Shown: positions 31,042-41,512 of the stretch, in pieces | Layout of the letters: each line of letters opens with the position of its first letter | Position numbering within the stretch: position 1 is the stretch's first letter | Assembly (NCBI GenBank): GCA_039815185.1 | Contig: JBCBZT010000007.1 | Coordinates: 96,001 to 160,000, forward strand | DNA length: 64,000 nt | Source of the DNA: Cyanobacteria bacterium P01_A01_bin.123 | Lineage (GTDB): Bacteria > Cyanobacteriota > Cyanobacteriia > Phormidesmidales > Phormidesmidaceae | Direction of reading: 5' to 3' | Notes under the pieces: model-generated | What the model was told of the DNA's origin: nothing | The model's input: only the letters and a program-made list of their open reading frames with translations | Database searches by the model: none | Program-made: the position numbers and the translations under genes

Positions 31042-31657
31042 TTAAATGGACAGTTCTTCCAAACAACGCGCTGGGGAAGCTGCTGTAAGAGACAACTTTG
31101 TCTTTTGGGGAGGGATACGATTCAATTGTAAAGTGCTGATGAACGTCCTAGAATTCTTATGGATCTTTCCGGCCAGTACAGGTGTTTGAACCAGGGAACG
31201 GACTAATGCCGAGCCAATGGCTAATGTTTGGTCGAGGATACTGGCCTTCTAGTGTGTAGCTGACGTGCGAACACTGCCAGGTTCCTGATTGAATAACCCT
31301 ACAATGCGGGTTGCCAACTGGGATTATCTTCTATTAGCCTTTGAAAAGGTGATTTAGCATGCAGCGTCTGATTGAGGTTGAGAAGCTCGGTAGATAAGGT
31401 ATTCAGGTTCAGGAGCCAAGAGAGAAATCAGGGGTCAGGAGAGCTATAGACTAAATTCTGGAGTCTGAGTTCTTGCTCAGTAGTTCCTCGGTTATGGATT
31501 CTGAAACTTAGCTTCTCGAAAATGAGTGCGAATTATTCCCTTTTGAATTCTGGATTCTCAACGCTGGATTCCCTTCCGGGGGTAATTTCTAACTTACATT
31601 AGATAGGCGTCTTTAATTATTTGTTGGTGTTCAGGTCATGTAGGGAAGGACTATATC

Positions 31658-31939
31658 GTGTCGGTTGAAACCATTGAAAAGCGTTCAACAACGCGTAAGC
31701 TTGCACCGCGTTATCGGGTGTTGTTACACAATGATGAGTACAACACGATGGAGCACGTGGTGGAGTCGTTAGTACAAACTGTTCCGAGTTTGACTACTCC
31801 CCAAGCGGTAGACATTATGATGCAAGCTCACACCGCGGGGACTGCCTTGGTCATTACCTGTGCTTTAGAGCATGCCGAGTTTTATTGTGAATCGCTGAAA
31901 AGTAAAGGGTTAACGAGTACGATTGAACCTGACGATTAG
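31658..31939 (+). CDS. clpS: Clp protease adaptor ClpS
   Basis: 'YRVLLHNDEYNTMEHVV', 'MMQAHTAG', 'EHAEFY'. Confidence 0.96.
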   Translation: MSVETIEKRSTTRKLAPRYRVLLHNDEYNTMEHVVESLVQTVPSLTTPQAVDIMMQAHTAGTALVITCALEHAEFYCESLKSKGLTSTIEPDD

Positions 31940-32037
31940 GGCTAAAATGCGCTACTGAATTGCAACTTGGTGTTGGCAGCAGGAGTCCTCAGCGCTATGG
32001 TTTATGACGGCAGTCTGGGGATTGGGGAGGCAGGGTT

Positions 32038-32934
32038 GTGCGTCATCGATTAGCAACGGCGATCGCCCGTCAATCGGCTCCCATCCGTATCGTGGTTTTC
32101 CTGGGTCTGCTGCTGCTCATCTGGCTACCCTTTGCAGCGCCCATCCAGTGGTTGGCCTGGCGCTTGAATTCAGACCAGATTCCGCTGATTGCTCTCGGAA
32201 TTCTTTACGTTGAGTTTTTGCTGTTGCTGCGAGTTTGGCGACAGGAGTTGTACCATGAGCCCCACCCTTTGTATCGCTGTGGCTTTAAGGTCTCTCGTCG
32301 GTTTATGAGGCTAACCTTGCAGGGCTTTGCCATGGGCTGTCTGGGAGTAGCAGTGTTGTTTGGGGTAGAAGTGCTATTGGGATGGGCAACGCTAGCTGCA
32401 CCAGGGCGAAGTTTACTTGGTCTGGCTTTGGAAGGGTTGGTGACGGCGATCGCGGTGGGATTTTGTGAGGAGTTGTTCTTCCGGGGTTGGTTGTTGATCG
32501 AGCTAGAGCAAGACTATGGGACGTTTGGGGCGCTTGTTGTCAGCAGTGGTCTGTTTGCCATTGCCCACTATATCCGACCCTTAGCGGTGATTCTGGCGAC
32601 TTGGCCCCAGTTCTTAGGCTTATACCTACTTGGGATAACACTGGTGTGGGCCAAACGGGCATCGCGTTCTCCACGCTATGTTCAGCAGACAAAACGAATC
32701 GGGGAATCTTTGGGTGCACCCATGGGGCTCCATGCTGGCTTGGTGTGGAGCTATTACGTGGTCAATGTGGGTAGCCTGATTGATTATTCTCCAGCGGTGT
32801 CCCCCTGGATCGTTGGAATTGACGGCAATCCCTTAGCGGGGCTATTGGGGATCATCTTGCTGGGTGCGATCGCAATTTATTTTCGCATCATAGCTGAACA
32901 GAGACTTAAAACTGCTGGATTGAGCGATCGCTGA
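32038..32934 (+). CDS. CPBP (Abi/CAAX) intramembrane metalloprotease
   Basis: 'EELFFRG', 'FAIAH', 'GLHAG'. Confidence 0.9.
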   Translation: MRHRLATAIARQSAPIRIVVFLGLLLLIWLPFAAPIQWLAWRLNSDQIPLIALGILYVEFLLLLRVWRQELYHEPHPLYRCGFKVSRRFMRLTLQGFAMGCLGVAVLFGVEVLLGWATLAAPGRSLLGLALEGLVTAIAVGFCEELFFRGWLLIELEQDYGTFGALVVSSGLFAIAHYIRPLAVILATWPQFLGLYLLGITLVWAKRASRSPRYVQQTKRIGESLGAPMGLHAGLVWSYYVVNVGSLIDYSPAVSPWIVGIDGNPLAGLLGIILLGAIAIYFRIIAEQRLKTAGLSDR

Positions 32935-32938
32935 GCTG

Positions 32939-33862
32939 CTAGGCTACTCCCAAAACTAGGGCAAGAAGCGCCTTTTGGGCATGCATCCGGTTTTCAGCCT
33001 GATCCCAAATGCGAGAGGCTTTGCCCTCCATCACTTCAGCGGTGATTTCTTCGCCTCGATGGGCCGGAAGACAGTGGAGGATGATGGCATCTGGTTCGGC
33101 TTTGTCCAAGAGAGCCTGGTTGATTTGGTAGGGCTGAAACACGGGTAGGCGAGCATCTGCTAAATTTTCCTGGCCCATACTGGCCCACACGTCGGTATAG
33201 AGAATTTGAGCATCGGCAACGGCCGCTTTGGCATCGGTGATGACGCTTACCTTGCTGCGATCGCCCGCAAGTTTTTGCGCTTTTTCAAGTACGGTTGCGT
33301 CGGGTTCGTAACCTTTGGGGCAGGCAAGGCGGATGTTCATGCCGACTAGGGCACACCCCAGCATTAAAGAATGAGCCACGTTGTTACCGTCACCGAGGTA
33401 GGTCAGCGTCAGACCAGATAGGGTGCCAAATGCTTCTTGTACTGTTAGTAAGTCAGCCAAGATTTGGCAGGGATGTTCTAAATCGGTTAAAGCATTGATG
33501 ACCGGGATATCAGCGTAGTTAGCAAATTCTTGAATTTCTGATTGTTCAAAGGTACGAATGGCCACAACGTCTAGATAGCGGCTCAAAACCCGGGCCGTGT
33601 CAATCGTCGGCTCCCCCCGACTGACTTGGGTAACGCTGGTGTTCAAATCAAGCACCTGTCCCCCTAGCTGATACATCGCTACGGAAAAGCTAACCCGAGT
33701 TCTGGTGGACGCTTTCTGAAATAGCAACCCCAAAACCCGAGTTGGACATTCCGCCTGAACTTTGCCAGCTTTCATATCTGCTGCCAGTTGCAAAATCGAA
33801 TAGATTTCGTTGCTGTTGAGATCTGCCAGGCTTAGTAAATCCCGACCTTTCAAAGACTCCAT
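32939..33862 (-). CDS. argF: ornithine carbamoyltransferase
   Basis: 'STRTRVSF', 'HPCQILAD', 'HCLPAHRGEE', 'QAENR'; ATG 33862 preferred. Confidence 0.97.
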   Translation of the reverse strand: MESLKGRDLLSLADLNSNEIYSILQLAADMKAGKVQAECPTRVLGLLFQKASTRTRVSFSVAMYQLGGQVLDLNTSVTQVSRGEPTIDTARVLSRYLDVVAIRTFEQSEIQEFANYADIPVINALTDLEHPCQILADLLTVQEAFGTLSGLTLTYLGDGNNVAHSLMLGCALVGMNIRLACPKGYEPDATVLEKAQKLAGDRSKVSVITDAKAAVADAQILYTDVWASMGQENLADARLPVFQPYQINQALLDKAEPDAIILHCLPAHRGEEITAEVMEGKASRIWDQAENRMHAQKALLALVLGVA

Positions 33863-34530
33863 AGTTATCCCTGATGTCAGCCATAAAAATAACAACCTAC
33901 CAGATTTTCCTTGACCCCACTGTAAAACTGCAAGCGTTCGCAGCGCTATCAAGCGGTGTCATCAGCAACAGCGGATCTAAAGGCGACTATCTCGACAGCC
34001 AATCGCGATCGCCGAGCCCCCGATATGCGGTATAACAGTCCTAGGTGCGGTATCGAATCAAGTTGTAGATCTACTTTTACCGAAGCATTATTCTTGTATG
34101 GAAAGCTTTCAGTTTTCCCCGGTTCTCATTTGCCAGAGGCTTCAGCAGTGGGTTAGTGGTGCTGCAGATGGTTTAGGTGGTTTGCAACCAGTTCAGGCAG
34201 CGATGTACCGCATCTCCCGCCAGAGGCATCTCAATCCGAGCCCAAGCATGGTGAATTCAAGTTCTTCGATTCTGAGGTCAAGATTAGGTTGTCATCGACA
34301 CATCAGGTTTTATCCTGTCTTGAATCCTTTGATAAGAGCACCATGGGTTCGCACAACGGGAGTTTCCCTGATTTTAGGTATAAGGCGTTTTAGACTAACA
34401 TCTAGAACGCTTTTTCTCAATTTAAGCGTGGCCCATCTAGCGTCAGAGGGTATGGATTTTGTGGGCTTCGACTCAACGCTTGGCGACGGCGCGGCTAGCA
34501 TCTGCTGTTATCGTTTGGGGTTGAGCGCTA

Positions 34531-36144
34531 TTGTCTGCTAGTTATCCCTTAACCCGGCATTTGGGTGGTGGGTCTTCGGGCTCAGCGCCACTCAGGCTCC
34601 TGTCTCCAACGCGTTCAGATGCGGCGACTGATCCTTATTGGTTGACGGATCAGATGCTGTTTCACTACCAGCGGTGTCCGCGACGGGCGTTTTTAGATCG
34701 CTATGGCGATCGCAGCCTACGTGATGCCCCTAGCGACTATCTGCAAAAGCTGAAACAAGATAGCGCTGACCACCGCAAACAAATTTTGGCCGATTATCAG
34801 CCCCTCCACTCTCCTCATTATCCCTTTCGAGATTGGCGAGCTGGCGCGATCGCGACAGCGGCATTAATGCAGCAAGGGGTTGACTATATCGGTCAAGGGG
34901 TTTTGATTGCTGAAACGGCAACTAACGTGGTTTTGGTGAGCAATCCCGATTTGCTGATTCGGATGCCGGGGGAGTCGATTTGGGGTGACTGGCAGTATAT
35001 TCCTGCCGATATCAAATTTGGCAAGAAACCCAAGCTGGATTATCAGATGGTCGCTGCCTTCCATGCCCTGGTACTGATGGATGGGCAAGGCACTTGGCCA
35101 GCGGCGAGCTGGTTGATTTTGCGAGAAGGCAAAAGTTATGCCATTGATTTGGATAAACAGTTGACGCGGTTAGACGAATTGCTCTATGCCTGCATTGAAG
35201 ATTTGCAGGACAGTGAACCGCCAGAGGTATTCATTGCCCATAGTCGTTGCGACTTGTGCCATTGGTTCAGCCAGTGTCATAGTCAAGCCAAGGCGACTAA
35301 GCATCTGTCATTGCTACCTGGCGTTACCCCAGCGCGATATGTACACTTGCAACGATTGCAGCTAACCACCGTTGCGGCCCTGGCCACGGCTCGCCCTGAG
35401 CAGCTTTCGTCTTTACCTGGATTTGGTGAACAGGTGGCTGAGAAAATTGTTCACCAGGCTCAGTCGGTGTTAAATGATACGGCGATTGCCCGGGTCTCTG
35501 TACACACCGCTCGATTCCCGCTAACGCCAGAGACGCTCCCCTCGGCAGCAGTAGAGCTGTATTTTGACATTGAAGCTGCCCCCGATAAACAGTTGATTTA
35601 TCTCCACGGCGTTCTAGTGGTTGATAAAGTCGCAAATACAGAGACCTTCCATCCGCTGTTAGCAGAACATCCCGAGCAAGAAGCTGAAGCTTGGACGGCA
35701 TTTGTGATGTTGATGCAGCAACATCCGACTGCGCCCGTTTATCACTTTTGCCCCTATGAAGCCCAAACGGTACGGCGTCTGGCGGCAGAATTTGGCCTCC
35801 CTGAAGGGGCTGACGTTGACCGCTTGTTGGATCGCTTTGTGGATGTCCACAAGTGCTTTACAGATGCTGTCACCCTGCCCACTGAAAGCTATGCCCTCAA
35901 GCACATTGCCCGCTGGATTGGATTTGACTGGCGCGATGCTGATGCCAATGGAGCTCAATCGATTTGCTGGTATGACGACTGGTTAACCACAGGCGATCGC
36001 CAGTATCTAACTGCTATCCTGCGCTATAACGAAGATGATTGTCGTGCAACCTATCAGATTAAAGAGTGGTTGGTCAATTTTGCTCAACCTTTCTGGGATC
36101 AAGATGGGGGTGATGATGTTGACGCAAGGGCGGATGGGGTTTGA
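34531..36144 (+). CDS. TM0106-family RecB-like putative nuclease with RNase H-like domain
   Basis: 'YQRCPRRAFLD', 'PDLL', 'DIK', 'CDLCHW..C', HhH, 'YFDIE', 'SYALK', 'YNEDDCRAT'; start probably later than the track start. Confidence 0.85.
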   Translation: MSASYPLTRHLGGGSSGSAPLRLLSPTRSDAATDPYWLTDQMLFHYQRCPRRAFLDRYGDRSLRDAPSDYLQKLKQDSADHRKQILADYQPLHSPHYPFRDWRAGAIATAALMQQGVDYIGQGVLIAETATNVVLVSNPDLLIRMPGESIWGDWQYIPADIKFGKKPKLDYQMVAAFHALVLMDGQGTWPAASWLILREGKSYAIDLDKQLTRLDELLYACIEDLQDSEPPEVFIAHSRCDLCHWFSQCHSQAKATKHLSLLPGVTPARYVHLQRLQLTTVAALATARPEQLSSLPGFGEQVAEKIVHQAQSVLNDTAIARVSVHTARFPLTPETLPSAAVELYFDIEAAPDKQLIYLHGVLVVDKVANTETFHPLLAEHPEQEAEAWTAFVMLMQQHPTAPVYHFCPYEAQTVRRLAAEFGLPEGADVDRLLDRFVDVHKCFTDAVTLPTESYALKHIARWIGFDWRDADANGAQSICWYDDWLTTGDRQYLTAILRYNEDDCRATYQIKEWLVNFAQPFWDQDGGDDVDARADGV

Positions 36145-36174
36145 GGAAGCGGTAACCTGCTGGCATCCAGCATC

Positions 36175-36206
36175 CCGAAGTCAGCCTCTACCGAAGTCAG
36201 CCTCTA
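36175..36206. repeat. perfect 16-bp tandem duplication
   Basis: CCGAAGTCAGCCTCTA twice. Confidence 0.85.
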
Positions 36207-36536
36207 AAAGAGATAGACTGATAGTCTCCGAAGACAAGCACCCAGCAAGAAAAGAGATCACTCATGGCTTTAAAAATTGAGAATTCGGGAAAAAGCTATT
36301 CTTCTAAGTTCTGATTTCTAGATTTTTGTGACGCCTTGCCTAGACAAAATCATTTGGCTTCAGTTGATCCCCCTTGATCGGCTGGGCAGTTTCGTGAACA
36401 GTTGGGAAACCTTAAACTTAGACTGAACTTGAATTAGCCTGCTGTTATTGTTTCGGGATCGCTTGGAACTTTGCAGGCTAGGGTAAGTCGAGCAGTATAG
36501 CAATGTCATTGTCCATCAGTGGGCATCTAGAATGCG

Positions 36537-39164
36537 GTGGCTCAAGAGTTTCACATTTCAATCACGACCGTTGGGGAAGCGAAATACCTGATTCGCACAG
36601 AGCAGGTTGAACCTGGTGTTCCCTTAGCTGAGACCCAATTAATTTGGGATGTGGAGACTTGGCTAGAACAGGCACAACGGCTAATGCATGGCCCGTTGGC
36701 TAGGCTTTTGCAGGGGTCATCAAAATCATCTGGTCTGCGATCGCCTACGGATTTTTCTGAATCCGATTTGGCTCCTGAATTGCTTGACCCTAGCGTTATG
36801 ACGCTGGGCAAGCAGCTCTACGATGCCTTATTTCAAGACTTGATTCGAGATAGTTGGGTGACAGCCCAAGGTGTCGCTCAAAATCGCCGCCAACTGCTCC
36901 GGTTACGGTTGGGGATTAAAGATCATCGCCTACAACATCTGCCTTGGGAAGTCATGAATAGCGGTGATCGCTCTCCCATCGCCACGGGAACTAACCTCAC
37001 ATTTTGTCGTTATCATCCCAACTTGCTAACCCCATTGCGGGCTGTTACGTCGTCCCAAAAACAGGCTCACCAACTGATTCAAGTTTTGATGGTGGTGGCA
37101 GGGCCTGACGACCAGGAAAGACTGGCTTTGAGTCGCGAAGTCCGGCAGTTGCAGCAAGAACTGGGCCGATCTGATCAGAGTCAGCGTCGACCTAATGCGA
37201 TCGCAAATGCAGTGCCTATCCAGGTCACCCTCTTAGAACAACCGGGCCGCACTGAACTTACCCAAACCCTAGAACAAGGTCACTTTCACGTGTTGCACTA
37301 TGCTGGTCACAGCAACCTGGGTGAAACGGGGGGAGACTTATACCTAGTGAGTCGTCAAACGGGGTTGACTGAGCGTTTGAGCGGTGACGATTTAGCGGGT
37401 TTGTTGGTCAACAACGGAACTCAATTAGCCATTTTCAATTCTTGTCGCAGTGCCTATGCTACGGCTGCAGATATTGCGGGCTGGCGAGAACAGAACTTAG
37501 CCCAGGCTCTAGTGAATCGTGGGGTTCCTGGGGTGATTGCCATGGCTGAGCGTATTCCCGATGAGATTGCAATTACCTTCACCCAATTGTTTTACCGGAA
37601 CCTGAAGGCTGGTTACACCATCGATCTCAGTCTGAACCGCGCCCGACAAGCATTGCTGTCTGTGAAAGGGTCAGATCAGGTGTATTGGGCATTGCCTGTG
37701 TTGTATATGCAGCCTGGGTTTAACGGCTATTTGGGTGAGTCGGATCCAGCGTCAGATTTACTCCATTCACTGCTTGAAGATGATGGGGATGAGTTGTGGT
37801 CAGATGAGGCAGAAATTTCTGACGCGATACCGTCTGTGGTGGTTGCTCGACCGAACCAGTTAGATGATCGTGATCTGCCCTCTTTGGGTGGGTTGGACGA
37901 GGGTGATGATGATTTTTGGGATGATGATGAAGAAATCGATTTAGACGCGATCGCCGATACCCTAGATGCCACTGCCGACGAAGAATATGCCGAAGATAGT
38001 GCCTTTGTTGGCAGCATTATGCAACAGCTAGCCAATCCGGCTACCGCTGCCGCCTTGGCTTCAGCTCCCCCCGGTGACTCGCTACAGAGTGATTCTTTGC
38101 GCAATGAAGCCTTACAGTCGGATAACATCACGTCACGGTCGATTAGCAGTTATGCTCAGCCCACCAGCAGTCCTGATCGAGCGGCTGGTGACCCAGCCAT
38201 GACTGGTAGTCAGGCAACCCTCCAGACGTCAGACTTACCCCGACCCTCCGTTAGTAGGGTGTCTCAACAGTCAACCTTTGTTGAACCTGATTTTTCGACC
38301 CCGCATCCCCGCTCCACCCCAAACTTCACGCGTTTGTTGAGGCGTTTTTCCCTCGGTAACTCGGCCCAGCCCTGGTTATGGCTGGCGTTAGGGATGGTAG
38401 CTGTAGGGTCTGTGGTTGGGGTTAGTCGTCTCAACAGACCGAAGCAAACTGAGCTGTTCCCAGCACCCGTGCAGAGTGGTGGTGGTCTTGCTGAAGCAGT
38501 GCTCGCATTGAAACGTGATGACTTGGTGGCAGCAACCAACACAATAGAATCTTTGTTAGACAGCGATCAGCTATCCATTGCGCAAGAGGCGCTTGATGCT
38601 GCTTCACCCAGGCAGCTTACCAACCCTGAAATTCTCTATCTCCGAGGTCGATTGCAGTGGCAACAGGGGCAAAAAGACAACCTTGATTTTGATCTGAATG
38701 ATGTCTTGCGATCTTGGCAACAGGCTGTCGCAGACACTCGAAAGACCAAGGAAACCTTAACCGCGCGTGTTAACTACAATACCGCTTTGGGATTTGCTTA
38801 CTATGCCCAAGGCGATTTCCCTGCGGCAGTTGACACCTGGAAGGAAGTGATTAGGTTAAACAATGAACGATACCGCCAATTGGCCCCAGACGGATCGGAT
38901 GAGGATTTTGCTGTTCAAGAACTTCCCTTTGATGCCTATGCAGGCTTGGCGATCGCGCTTTACAACATGGCTCAAACAACACCCGATCCGAATCAGTCTG
39001 ACTTTATCAGAGATGCTCGCAAATCTTACTGTCTAGTCGTGACCAGCGATCCAAGTCGATTTGGGACTGCAAGCGGGTTGAGCGGTGACTCAAATTGGCT
39101 ATGGGGGCCAGCGCAGATCAAGGATTGGCAAACGATTGGGCCAAAGCTGGCAAGTTGCCAGTAA
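36537..39164 (+). CDS. hetF: HetF-like CHAT (caspase-like) protease with TM segment and C-terminal TPR-like region
   Basis: N-terminus 'MAQEFHISIT.VG...YLIRTEQV.PGVPLAE' recalls HetF; His/Cys dyad in 'LHYAGH' and 'FNSC'. Confidence 0.82.
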   Translation: MAQEFHISITTVGEAKYLIRTEQVEPGVPLAETQLIWDVETWLEQAQRLMHGPLARLLQGSSKSSGLRSPTDFSESDLAPELLDPSVMTLGKQLYDALFQDLIRDSWVTAQGVAQNRRQLLRLRLGIKDHRLQHLPWEVMNSGDRSPIATGTNLTFCRYHPNLLTPLRAVTSSQKQAHQLIQVLMVVAGPDDQERLALSREVRQLQQELGRSDQSQRRPNAIANAVPIQVTLLEQPGRTELTQTLEQGHFHVLHYAGHSNLGETGGDLYLVSRQTGLTERLSGDDLAGLLVNNGTQLAIFNSCRSAYATAADIAGWREQNLAQALVNRGVPGVIAMAERIPDEIAITFTQLFYRNLKAGYTIDLSLNRARQALLSVKGSDQVYWALPVLYMQPGFNGYLGESDPASDLLHSLLEDDGDELWSDEAEISDAIPSVVVARPNQLDDRDLPSLGGLDEGDDDFWDDDEEIDLDAIADTLDATADEEYAEDSAFVGSIMQQLANPATAAALASAPPGDSLQSDSLRNEALQSDNITSRSISSYAQPTSSPDRAAGDPAMTGSQATLQTSDLPRPSVSRVSQQSTFVEPDFSTPHPRSTPNFTRLLRRFSLGNSAQPWLWLALGMVAVGSVVGVSRLNRPKQTELFPAPVQSGGGLAEAVLALKRDDLVAATNTIESLLDSDQLSIAQEALDAASPRQLTNPEILYLRGRLQWQQGQKDNLDFDLNDVLRSWQQAVADTRKTKETLTARVNYNTALGFAYYAQGDFPAAVDTWKEVIRLNNERYRQLAPDGSDEDFAVQELPFDAYAGLAIALYNMAQTTPDPNQSDFIRDARKSYCLVVTSDPSRFGTASGLSGDSNWLWGPAQIKDWQTIGPKLASCQ

Positions 39165-39170
39165 CCCTGA

Positions 39171-39650
39171 TCAGGACACTTTAACCAGCACTAAATCGCC
39201 GTCAATTTTGGCTTCAAATACGTCAAGGGGTGATTCTGCGGGGCCTGCAGTGACGCTGCCATCAGGGTTAAACTTTGACCCGTGGCAGGGGCAAGCAAAG
39301 ACAGAAGTGCCATCCCACTCGACAGTGCAGCCTTGATGGGTACAGAAGGAATTGACGGCGATTATTGATGCGTTGTCTGTGGGGTCGCGGATGACGGCCA
39401 CTTGCTCTCCCTGAAAGGATTTGTCAGCAACAAATCCCATCTCATCCAATTCCGCGACGGTGCCGACAGCGGCAAATCCGTCTTCACGCGGCGTCGAGTC
39501 AACCTCGGTAGGCTCAGCAGCGGTTTCGTTCTCAGTCTCGCCTTCTGGGGCAGAAGCGGTATCGTTAGGTTGACAGGCCGCGATCGCGACGGGTAACGAA
39601 CTCGCTAATACGCCTAATCCGACCCAGTTGATAAATTCACGTCGTTTCAT
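39171..39650 (-). CDS. small Rieske [2Fe-2S] protein, Tat lipoprotein (PetC3-like)
   Basis: 'MKRREF', 'IAAC', CTHQGC and CPCHGS. Confidence 0.93.
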   Translation of the reverse strand: MKRREFINWVGLGVLASSLPVAIAACQPNDTASAPEGETENETAAEPTEVDSTPREDGFAAVGTVAELDEMGFVADKSFQGEQVAVIRDPTDNASIIAVNSFCTHQGCTVEWDGTSVFACPCHGSKFNPDGSVTAGPAESPLDVFEAKIDGDLVLVKVS

Positions 39651-39663
39651 CGATTTTCAAACC

Positions 39664-41379
39664 CTACAAATTTTCAGCCGGTGCTAAAGTGCCCGGACGC
39701 CGCAGCCAGCCATGATGACGTGCTGCCGCGATCGCCACAAACAAAAGATCCACACCCACTACGCCAGCAATCAGCAGCTCGGATCCGCCTGTGCCGAAGC
39801 CGTAACTGTGCAGCCCTGTACCTAGCACAAAGTTCACCCCATACCAGGCCATGAGCACAGCATTGAAGGCAACCACGCTAGCCACGTTGATGCCAAAATC
39901 GCCAATCCAGCCCACGAGGCGACCATGCAGGGGAGCCAAATAGCACAGTAGGGCAATCAGCGCCCAAGTTTCCTTAGGATCCCAACCCCAGAAGCGTCCC
40001 CAGGAGAAGTGGGCCCAGATGCCGCCGAGAATAATCCCTGCTGTCAGCAATAGCACGCCTACCTGCAACACTCGATAGTTCAGTTGCGACAGGGTTTTGA
40101 TGCGCTGCTTAGCATCGGCGGCAAACAGGTAGTTCCCCAGGGCAACATGACCTAGCCCCAAGGCCAGGGCGAAGCTGGCATAGCTCAGGGCAATCGTGGG
40201 GACGTGGATACTCAACCAGAAGTTATCTCGTAGCACCGGCACCAGTGGGGCAATGCTGGGGTCAAGTACGGCAGGCAGACTATCTGCCAACAATAAACAC
40301 ATGACTGACAAGGGTGCGGCTGCCAGCAGGTAGTAGCGAGCCCGGGAAACGAGTTCAAAAGTAAGCGCGATCGCCGCGATGCCAAACCCAACCCAAACCA
40401 CCGACTCATACATATTGGTAACTGGAGGGCGACCGGCAATCTGCATGCGCAAAAAGAAACCATAGCTTTGCACCCCAATGCCCGCAGTAAATAGGCCAAT
40501 GGCGCTCCAGTAAAGATTCCAGTTACTATCTCGGGCGTTTATCAAGAGGCTAACCAACAAAATCCCAAACGCCAGCCCATAGAGCCACCAGGCCTTAGCA
40601 AAAGGATGGAAATGGTTAAAGTGCACTTCCCGCTGTAGAACAGCATCGGTGGGATAGATTGCGGGACTGAGCTGCTGTAGGCTCGCCTTTAGTTCAGCGG
40701 CAAATGCCCCCACCATTGGTACATGGGTAATGCCACCATTGAGTAGCGTTTGCTGCGTCATGGCAAACTGAGCTATCAGCGGCGCCACAGTTTCTGGCGC
40801 GTAAAGCTGCTGGGCATCATTCAATCCGGCCCATTTGCCCTTGATGTCATCAGGGTGGGGCACGATGGGCAGATTGTTATCGCCAACGGATTGATACAGC
40901 AGGTTAAGGCGATCTTCAATGGTCAGTGCTTCGCGCTCATCGCGGTCGAGCGCTTCGTCGTTGAGCGCCTTTTGATGGGCTTGGCGTACGATCGCGCTCA
41001 AATCCTTATTGGTCATCAGCTCTCGAAACGTGAAATGCTTTCGTTCTAAATCAAGACCGACCGCTGCTTTCAGGGGGCGATAACTGACCAGTACAAAGGG
41101 TTCCTCGTTCCAATTGCGGTTGTTTAGCCACATCCCCAAGAAGGTGCTGAGGTAGTCCTCTTTTTCACCGTCAGCCTGTTTGTAGGTGGTGGCACCGTGA
41201 ATTTTAGCGACGGTTTCTTTGGCCACAGTGTCTAGGGGCTTTTTGCGTCCGTCAAGCTGTACGGCTAGGGTTCGCAATTCCTCCAAACCATCAGGCTGAA
41301 ACTGGCTCAAGGGCATCAGCAATAAGATGCAGCCCAGGCAGAAGCCCACGAAGAATTTAATCAGGTTTATACCTTTCAT
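39664..41379 (-). CDS. ccsA: system II cytochrome c synthase, CcsA-type with N-terminal extension
   Basis: WWD domain 'WAHFSWGRFWGWDPKETW', 'WLSIHV', 'GLHSYG', 'PVTNMYES'. Confidence 0.9.
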   Translation of the reverse strand: MKGINLIKFFVGFCLGCILLLMPLSQFQPDGLEELRTLAVQLDGRKKPLDTVAKETVAKIHGATTYKQADGEKEDYLSTFLGMWLNNRNWNEEPFVLVSYRPLKAAVGLDLERKHFTFRELMTNKDLSAIVRQAHQKALNDEALDRDEREALTIEDRLNLLYQSVGDNNLPIVPHPDDIKGKWAGLNDAQQLYAPETVAPLIAQFAMTQQTLLNGGITHVPMVGAFAAELKASLQQLSPAIYPTDAVLQREVHFNHFHPFAKAWWLYGLAFGILLVSLLINARDSNWNLYWSAIGLFTAGIGVQSYGFFLRMQIAGRPPVTNMYESVVWVGFGIAAIALTFELVSRARYYLLAAAPLSVMCLLLADSLPAVLDPSIAPLVPVLRDNFWLSIHVPTIALSYASFALALGLGHVALGNYLFAADAKQRIKTLSQLNYRVLQVGVLLLTAGIILGGIWAHFSWGRFWGWDPKETWALIALLCYLAPLHGRLVGWIGDFGINVASVVAFNAVLMAWYGVNFVLGTGLHSYGFGTGGSELLIAGVVGVDLLFVAIAAARHHGWLRRPGTLAPAENL

Positions 41380-41420
41380 GGTTAATGGCTAAATCGTCAA
41401 TGGACGGTAGGAATGGATGA

Positions 41421-41498
41421 CTAAACCACATCCGATTTGAAACTTGGAGTTTTAGCTCAAGGAAAAACTATGGATCTGGATGTGGACACGGTTTGAAA
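41421..41498 (+). repeat. dispersed ~75-bp repeat, copy 3
   Basis: CTAAACCACATCCGATTTGAAACTTGGAGTTTTAGCTCAAGGAAAAACTATGGATCT...GGTTTGAAA. Confidence 0.8.
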
Positions 41499-41512
41499 AG
41501 AGAAGACGAGGT

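Noticed and set aside
33956..34541. ORFs or ncRNA between argF and the TM0106 gene
   Set aside because: Translations look non-coding and I recognised no RNA motif
36175..36206. 16-bp duplication as an insertion scar
   Set aside because: No element or inverted ends nearby; most likely local slippage
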